This document shows positions 55,646 to 64,000 of a stretch of DNA of 64,000 bases, in pieces. Each line of letters starts with the position of its first letter. The first letter of the stretch is position 1. The notes beneath the pieces are model-generated. The model did not search any database. It was given only the letters and a program-made list of their open reading frames with translations, and was not told the DNA's origin. Origin of the DNA: Octopus vulgaris (taxonomy: Eukaryota). The stretch lies in NCBI GenBank assembly GCA_951406725.2, contig OX597816.1, positions 88,722,001-88,786,000 of the forward strand, given 5' to 3'. Both the position numbers and the translations under genes were made by a program.

Positions 55646-56770
55646 ACGAAGGCATGTCAAAAATTATCCGCACGTTCACCAAAAGTGCCTTCAGCGATCG
55701 CCCGCTAAAATCTCACCCTCTTGTTACGCAACGGAGGCTTGATCTTGATTGCTCCACTGACAATATGCACCAACGAAGACCAGAGATGAGTGATCCAATT
55801 TCTCTGGCCTACAGTATGTCAGGACCTGAAAGTCATCACAAGCTTTCAGTACTATATGGGACAGTACTCTAAAGCGTAGAAATGTGTATGGGTAGATCAA
55901 GAAGTTTACAAAAGGACCGAACAAACGTGAAGTAGGAGGAGAGAGAAGGACGCCAATCAACCACCACCACTGACATGAAGATTCAATAAGTTCGAAGCGT
56001 CCACCACAAGCTTCGCTCCCGTAAAGTTTGTGTGAGATAAGTTCCATGAGAGGTCACCGAAACGCATAAGCGCGATGATGTTGAAAAACTGTCAACGCTT
56101 ATTCGGCATCTACAGCTACGGGAAACGAGACTTGAGTTCATCAATTTGAGCCAAAATCAAAAAGGCAGAGTATGGAGTGGAAACACGCGAAATTGCCAGC
56201 ATAAAAGTAATCCAACACTCAATCTCCCGGAGAGAATGTGATGCTAACCGATTTGGGAAACAAAAAAGCGCTTATATTGCAACATTGCGTGGAAAGCTGG
56301 TCCACAGTCACAAGTGTAGATTACAGGAATATGCTGGCCAACAAAATGAACTCAGCAAATCACATCAAACACTGAGATCTATTGTCATATGAAGTTATTG
56401 TTGCATAATACACGCTCACGTACGGCTGCTCACACCGTTGAAGGCATTGAAAAATTGGATATAGAAATGCTGCTACATTCTGCATATAGACCAGATCTTC
56501 CTAGTTCTGACAATCACCTCTTTGGACTGTTCAAACATTCTTTACGAAGTCGTCGATTTGCAGGATGCGTTGCATATATGGTTGAGGGACCAGCCACAAA
56601 CCTTCTTCAATAGTATAAGGACACTTTAGAGCCCCTGAAAGAAGTGCATCCAAAAGGCAGGTGATTATGTCGAAAAATTATGAAATCGTTCAACGCATGC
56701 TTTAGTTTAAATAAATTATACAAACATGAGTGTGTATAATATTTTACTTACTTTCGTACATAGCTCTCCT
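55646..56770 (+). mobile_element. Degenerate mariner DNA transposon
   Basis: RKVCVR*VP (WVP motif), TGNET*VHQFEPKSKRQSMEWKH, and LLHN.RSRTA...LLHSAYRPDLPSSDNHLFG (YSPDLAPSD motif); TACGA.. TIR-like start. Confidence 0.85.
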
Positions 56771-56936
56771 GATGTATGAACATATATAGGTGTGTGCTTG
56801 TTAGTCTCTCTGTGTGTTAGTGTATGTGTGTGTGTGTAGAAAAAAGAATATAGTAGATGTAACTGGTATTTTATGTTTTTCATAATGTCCACGTGTAAGC
56901 TAATCATTAATGTGTACATAAGTATATGTATGTATG

Positions 56937-57241
56937 ACTGGCACTCCGTCTGTTACGACGACGAGTATTCTAGTTAATCCGCTCAACGAAACAGCCTTTT
57001 CGTAAAATTAACTTGCAAGTAGCTGAGCATTCCTCAGACACGTGAACCCTTAATGTAGCTCCCAGGGAGGTTCAGCGTAACGCAGAGTGTCACCAGGCTG
57101 GCCCCTTAAAATACAGGTACTACTATTTTTTGCCAGCTGCGTGAATTGGAGCAATCGCAAAATGTGTGTCCTGCTCAAGGACATCACACGCTGCCGGGAA
57201 TTGAACTCACAACCTTACAATCGTGAGTCGAATACCCTAAC
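56937..57241 (-). mobile_element. tRNA-derived CORE-like SINE (family E); body also at ~44810-44925
   Basis: Minus strand GTTAGGGTATTCGACTCACGATTGTAAGGTTGTGAGTTCAATTCCCGG...GTCCTTGAGCAGGACAC. Confidence 0.7.
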
Positions 57242-60200
57242 TGAGAGAGAGAGAGAGATTTACATACAAACAAAATTACGTTCATTTATAGATATATGGC
57301 ATGCCTAAAATAACACATACTTAATGAACCAATTATAGGATTATAAAACGGTTGTAAACATGTATTAAATAGAAACGAACTATGCTATAATATTTTGGAA
57401 ACTATATAAATACACAATTTAGTTACTCTCTTTAGAAGCACTAAAACATTTTAAAGATCAAAGTTATAACAGATTGTCTTCTAAATAATTAAAATGATTA
57501 AGTATATAAGTGAGGTTGGCCATTCCTCTAACATCCTAAAATAAAGTGAAGCAGAGATACCAAATTAAATTATTATATTCTTAAATGTAAAAGCAATTTA
57601 CGGATCTCCTCTGCTTTCTTAGCTCAAATATTTTAAGTGCTTATTGCATTTACGTAAAATAATGGAAGTATTTGTAATTAAGCACAAAAAAGGGTTTTAA
57701 TTTCAGCGAATCAGTTGTAAGTACACAGTATATAACTGGTATTACTTGGTTACTGCGTGAGTAAATGTTAGCTGAAATGGAACGTTTATGACAAATGGTA
57801 GCACAGTGCGTCATCTAGCTACACAAACGTTATTCTTTCAATCTTTTCCCCTTCTACCAGTGTTTATCCAATGTGATGGTCACTTGTTGACTCCTTCGGT
57901 ACCATACAATTGAAAGCACCTGTATTTAAATAATCTTATTTAAATCAAGTGCAAAACTTTATTAAAATTTTCTTCGAAGCCTCTGCTATATAATGGAAAG
58001 ACATTTTATGAAATACTCTTAATTAATTTACTTCATTAGAAATATACTTATGAATAAGGAAGGCATTGACAACCAGGAATCTATATGTATCTATGAGTTT
58101 GTGCGAGAAACTGCATATTTATAAAGAAAATAATAACGCCTAAAATACCATCAAGGAAAGTCTATTATTTAGAATAAACGAACCTAAATTTTAAAATATA
58201 AAAAATGACAAGACAAAGTTTAACTTAATGTTGTATTTACTTGATAATTATCAAAATATCAACGGTATCATTTCTAACAAACTGTTTTTGATATATTTCG
58301 TTTTTTGCTATTTCTTAAGAATAATATCAAATTTTGCAAGCATATTTTCAACGAAAATAAACAAATACACATTAAAATTAATGCGAATGTCGTATTTTAT
58401 TTTCCTGAATACAAATATTTTTTGAGGCTAAATAGTCTGTCTCATTTACAGGTATATACATTAATATCTTTATTTCTTCGCACATCAACATATTTATAAT
58501 GATGATTATGAATGTGATGATGTAAATTATATTAAATATATATAATTTAGTTATAAGGATTCATTAGAATCTAAGCATATCGATACGCAGGTCACCAGAA
58601 ATGGCTATGTACGATAACATAGTGATCACAGTAAGGTAAACAACGTTGGAGACATCCAGTGTTGGTAGGATACCGTAGATATGCTAGTAGCAAATCCAAT
58701 TTAAACAGTATGTCCGACTCTGGAGTTGGTTTAGTGTATCAAAAGTAAACACAAGTGGCGTATAAAATATACGACAGCTGCTTCGGTAGAATTTTTTAAA
58801 TGTATTCATAGAAGATAACTTTATAACATATGATCTTCCATCCACCATAATCACGTTGAATTTTAAATAGGTAAGATTTTACTGTGCAACTTCTTTCCAT
58901 TGTTGTATAAAGCTACGCTGTACGTAGTCCGCCACAACCAATCTCACAGAACATAATAGATTCTGAAAGTTGGAGAGATAAGAGGAAACATATATGGATC
59001 CTAGAAATTGCCTGCTCCTCTATTTACCATCTATTCAGGAATGGCAAAGATGTTCTTCCAACATTTACATTCATAATGTAGAGAGCCAGAACAAATATCT
59101 TAAAGTAGTTAACACCACCACCTGCTGACCATGGATAAACATTATTGAGTATGGATAGACATTATTGAGCATGGATAGACATTGATTTTGCATTCATCAA
59201 GGGAATCACACATCCTTTACAGTGTATCTCAGTGATTGGTGTAAGAAGACATGAGTTACGCAGCTCACTTTAAATGCTCTATATCAGTGTAACAACTTCT
59301 TTGATTTTCGAACTTTTCAGATTTACATATGAAAACAGTTTCTTCCTTATCTTTGATGGAGAATGGAAGTTGTTTTCTGGCTTGGACTCAACTGTGTAAA
59401 GTCTCTTGTTCTTCACCTCACCAAAGTAAAACTTGTTTTGCCAATCAAAACTATTTACTCTTCCACAAGTTTTACAATCTACCAACAAAACTGAATGCAA
59501 CATCTGGAAATGTCTACACGTTTTTATTGATATTATTGTTTTAAGTTTTCTTATATGTTTCAGAAAATTGTTGACACTTGTTGAAGAAATCTCACAGTCG
59601 GCTCTTTATCACTTGACTTACTTAGGAAGAAGAACGTACAAAATCAATAAAGAAAAAATACAAATATACACAGAAAGTTCCTTTGGCTGAAGGAAATAAA
59701 CATATTGATTTATTTCGCATTTGTTTTTCGTTTTTATCCATCAGATTTTTTCTCCGCATTTGTTTTGTCCTTTGAGCAAAAGTACTTAACACTATTTCGA
59801 AATGTTTTTATTGAACTGTTCACATCAATTTCAGGCGGTCGACATAAACAAAGAGTGGTGCTGGAATGCAGTGGCGATGATAATGTATGACTCACACTTC
59901 CCAACATATCGAAGAAAATGATGATATTAGTGTGAGGTTCTTATTGCTACATTATGAATATCATCGTTTCCATTTCAATATATTCCAGAGAGCTGTATTC
60001 TGTCGATATCTGCAATATATAGAATATTAGATTACAAACTGATCTGCTATGAATGTTATATTAATACAGTTATTGTGAGTGTCTTTAGATTTGAAATCCT
60101 AATTAACATTTCATCAGTTTCATATGACGAGTCAATTATCTGTTTTCAAGTAATTTCTCGGCAATAGACATGCACAATGTCAAAGGAAAAAGACATTTAC

Positions 60201-61507
60201 AGCATAGTGATAAAATCTTTGCAATCCGTCAGAATAGATGGTTAAATCCCGAGTTGTCATATAAACAAAAATTAAATAACAATCAGATGTATTTAAATGT
60301 TACATACAGCAGTTTCCCATATATAAAAGTAATCAGATTCGAATCAACGTTTTGAAGAAAGATAAATATGCCCATAAGGATTTTACTATCTGATCCATTG
60401 AGGTGAAAAGGGAAATACAAAATTCATTACAAAGAATGCTCCTTTGTTCGAGAAACAATGAGAACAGTATTATACGAATTAATAGAAAAGCGATACGTAG
60501 AGCGTTTTGCCCCCGAACTCCAGGGATTGTTTTTAAGCTAATAAAAATGTAATTGGTATGCGAATGATTTTTTTTTTCAGTTTAATCACTGTTATTCAGT
60601 TTTAGGAAGCATATTGGTAAAAGTGTATTGTCAGTGTGTAAACGTATACAACAAATATACAATCCCATAAGACTCAAGAACACATTTCACTGTTATCGTA
60701 CAATTTTAGTAATTACGCCTTTGAGAAACCTGATGGAATCCATTAACGCACATGTGCATGTACACGCATATAACCGTGCGTACTGGCTTATGAAGACGGA
60801 TAATAACCTTCTCTCTCTTTATAGACCCTTTGATGACTGTACATCCTTGATGTATAAATTTTTTCGCCAACAGGAATTCTAAATATTTGTTATTTTCACT
60901 ACCCTTCTTGTTGAAATGCTATTTAAGTTTCGTATAACGCATCTACCTCGCACTACCAAATTCTGCATGCAGAATAACAGCACATATTTACATTTCCTGT
61001 CTATGTTTGTCTAGCTGGCCATAGTCAATCGTACAGCCAAAATACGAGTTAGACATAAGTATTACATTCCAAGTCATCTTAACGGAAGACTTTTTAGTGT
61101 GAATTTATTGACATTGGTGTTAGTTTGACAGAAGATTTCTTTGTGCGTATTCGCATCTCGCTAGGTGACTGAAAGTATTGTCTGGCGACATAAGAAGTCA
61201 GTAGGAATCATGGTGTTAATGTGCTGGCATTTGTTCTGTGTTTATCTCTCCCAACTGAGAGTAGAAGCAGAGACTGGTGGTAGACAAGAATCTGAGACGT
61301 GTCCAATCTATCCTTGTCTAGTTGGCCATAGTGAATCGTACAGCAAAATTCATTCGTTTGTCCCTATCTGTTATGGACGTGTCTGGAAGAGTACGTCAGA
61401 CACGCTATTGGCTAGCTGCGTGTACATGTGACAAGGCATGATTGGACGATGCAGCAGCAGCTAGCTGAGCAGCATTGTGTAATATTACAGTTTTGAGTTG
61501 TATTCCC

Positions 61508-61605
61508 TTACGACGTTTTCACGTTACAGACAGTCCTACAGTGTTAGTGACAGCACTTACGACGTTCTCACATTACAGCCAATCCTAGAGTGTTAGCGAC
61601 AGCAG
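61508..61605. repeat. ~49-bp tandem duplication
   Basis: TTACGACGTT(T/C)TCAC(G/A)TTACAG...CCTA(C/G)AGTGTTAG(T/C)GACAGCA occurs twice. Confidence 0.8.
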
Positions 61606-61639
61606 TGTACGTTATCGGCTTATCAAGTAATCATTTATC

Positions 61640-63040
61640 GTTATGGAAGTTGAAGATATTTCTCTTCGGCCCGGGGATGAAGGGTCTGTTGGGGAGTCTG
61701 CAACAGTTGAGGGTGACGCAGAGGTCGTCTCAGAACTTCTGGCTCCACTTGGAAGAGTACTTTGCCCTTATGTCAGAATGGCAAAATCTTGTGTTTCTGG
61801 TGCGTCATGTGCCAGCCCAAGGAGACCACCATCGAGGGACAAGCAGCAAGCCTCTACAATTTGAAGTCAGATGCTAAGAGGAAACACCCAGCGCCTGCCA
61901 TCCAGTTTGAGGAGAGGATCAAGACCGGATCTTTCCGTGGGAATCACAGAAAAACTTTTGGTAGAAGTATCAGTAGCTAGTCGTCGTAGCCATGTGCAAC
62001 GAAAGCACGCTAGCCCAGCATTGTTGAGGTGTTTGCCCAAACTGCTGGCACTGGCGTCCGTCAGTCTAGGATTGTAGATTTGTTTGTCGACAACATGCTA
62101 CCACACCATATGATGGAGTCGCCCGCTTTAGCCGGCCTGAACAAAACGCTGAGCTCCAGCAAGACGTCGATGTCCCACCACACTCTGGGCAGGATGATTT
62201 TGGCCCGCCATAAACAAGGTATTTATAAGTGAAAATGATACATGATTATTAAATCATTACTATGGCGTACTTCATATTTTCTTAATTTAATTTAATAATT
62301 TAATTATTTTTTGAATAGTTATTTTCTTAATTAATGTAATAAAATGTATAATAGCTAATTAAAATGAATATCATAATATATGATATACGGTAACGGTTAT
62401 TTTTAATACTTTTCCCGCTGGATTAAGTGTTCGTTTCTCTTTTTGTCTTCTGTAATTTTACTTTGGGATCTTCTATATATATGAAGAATTTTCCTCCGCC
62501 TGGCTGTTTTTTTCTCTACAAAACGAGAAGATGCGTTATAGAACTGTCATTTTAACGAGATTTTTTGTTTATTTATTTATCACCCGACGAGATAAGATTG
62601 CACCACCGGATACACCTGTACCAGTTTTGTGTGTCCCACAAGAGGAGTCGATGCTCGCTGTGTTTACCAAATATAACACTGCCATTCCATCCAGTGCTGC
62701 AGTTGACTGACAAACTAATATTAAATCTTATTTGTTCATTTAATTACTTACGTACACCTTGATTATAATCTGATCTTGGGATGCTATACCTGTTTGGAAA
62801 GCTATATGTCTATACTACTTCACGAACATTTTTAACTATCTAGGTTTCTTTTTAAGGGCTTTAAACCCAAAAAGCAAACCGAAATTGAATTCATATGATA
62901 AAAGTTAGAACTTATCAGCTAGCGTTAGCTTCCGCTAAGTATTTACCTGTTCAGCAGTTTAGCGTTTGCGAAGCTAACATTTTAGTTGGTGGTTTAGCTG
63001 TTAGCGCAGCTAATATTTTGGTTAGCTGTGCCCACCACTG
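61640..63040 (+). mobile_element. hAT-superfamily transposon relic (BED finger and N-terminal domain; right TIR)
   Basis: WLHLEEYFAL/QNGKILCFWCVMCQPKETTI...SLYNLKSDAKRKHP (BED-like) and IVDLFVDNMLPHHMMESPALAGL...MSHHTL. The right end reads CAGTGGTGGGCACAGCTAAC on the minus strand with GCTAA subterminal repeats; left TIR not found. Confidence 0.65.
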
Positions 63041-63279
63041 ATCATTTGGTTCAAGGTAATAAATCAAGGTATGTTAAATAATACTTTAATGATGCTACTA
63101 GTTCACCATTACTTAATATGTATACATGAATGTTTGCGTACGTGTGTATATACATATATTGCTGTAAAGCGGTCTTTTACCACTTTAGTATCTGTCTTTT
63201 TACGACTGTTGTCGTTCTGATTTTGTGGTATTCCGAAATCATCGATAGAATGTTTCTATCTAACACTGTACGACCCCCA

Positions 63280-63555
63280 GTCGTAACAATGTTATTATCC
63301 TCAGAAGGCTGGAGCGTAATAAAGTCCACTCAGTGTTCCAGTATGATTACTATATTTTTGTTGTTGTTGCTGTGTTCTTTTTTTTTGTTCCTTGAGTTGT
63401 CATTGTTGCTGTGTTTGTCGAGTTATTTCATTTTCCACGTGAATTAGTTTAAACTCTCTGTGTAAATGGGTTTTTTTCACTGTCGTGACAGTGTTATCCT
63501 CAAAAGGTTGGAGCGTTATAACGTCTACTCAGTATTACAGTATAATTACTATATT
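63280..63555. repeat. Diverged ~75-bp direct repeat (63280-63357 and 63482-63555)
   Basis: GTCGT(A/G)ACA(A/G)TGTTAT..CCTCA(G/A)AAGG(C/T)TGGAGCGT...ACTCAGT...CAGTAT(G/A)ATTACTATATT occurs twice. Confidence 0.75.
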
Positions 63556-63699
63556 AGTACAGACACAACTATCAACACAGTCTTCATGTAATCTCGACCT
63601 TCTGACCTTCTCCTGTCGGCCGGCTATAGGTCTATTTATAATAGCTCCCTACTGCCACTTTTTCCCGGCAGGGGTGTACAGTCTCACTATACAGCATAT

Positions 63700-63738
<39 letters not shown>

Positions 63739-64000
63739 AATATATATATATATATGTGTATGTGTGTGTACAGAGAGAGACAGCCAGCCAGAGGAGTCAA
63801 CGATGTTATGTATGTGTGTGTGTGCATACAGTTTTATATATACCTTTATACGTGCAAGCAAAGATCACTCAATACATTGGGAAGAATTCAACATACATTA
63901 ATAAGATTTTCACGCGTAACTAAAATACGTGATTATTCAGATGCCCCTAGTTAATAGGGATTCAGCTTCTACTCGCTGTAAAAGTAATTCATATTGCTCA

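Overview
AT-rich, gene-poor animal genomic DNA, saturated with microsatellites ((TA)n, (CA)n, (TAA)n, (GAA)n, (GATA)n) and transposable elements; the repeat landscape suggests a cephalopod, probably Octopus (inference only). No host gene is recognisable, and almost all short ORFs in the track are microsatellite translations. The main feature is a near-intact R4/Dong-clade non-LTR retrotransposon (~24291-29050; Myb-like domain, RT, CCHC knuckle, restriction-like endonuclease) inside a (TAA)n run, with its ORF split by one -1 frameshift and a 28-bp tandem array at its 5' end. Other elements are stacked 5'-truncated R4/Dong relics (51.7-54.5 kb), three copies of a non-coding TAA-targeting element, several tRNA-derived SINE families, Penelope-like (GIY-YIG) relics, CR1, RTE, mariner, Tc1 and hAT relics, and MITE-like foldbacks. 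The most striking hidden signals are (i) a set of minimal type-I hammerhead-ribozyme motifs, mostly with palindromic stem III and variant cores (CUGAUGA, CCGAUGA, CUGUAGA, GUGAACA, UUGAAAA), including a G3-C8-swapped pair in a 280-bp inverted repeat, and (ii) a covarying stem/pseudoknot motif in the 3' UTRs of four divergent R4/Dong copies. All calls come from reading by eye; no searches or folding programs were run.
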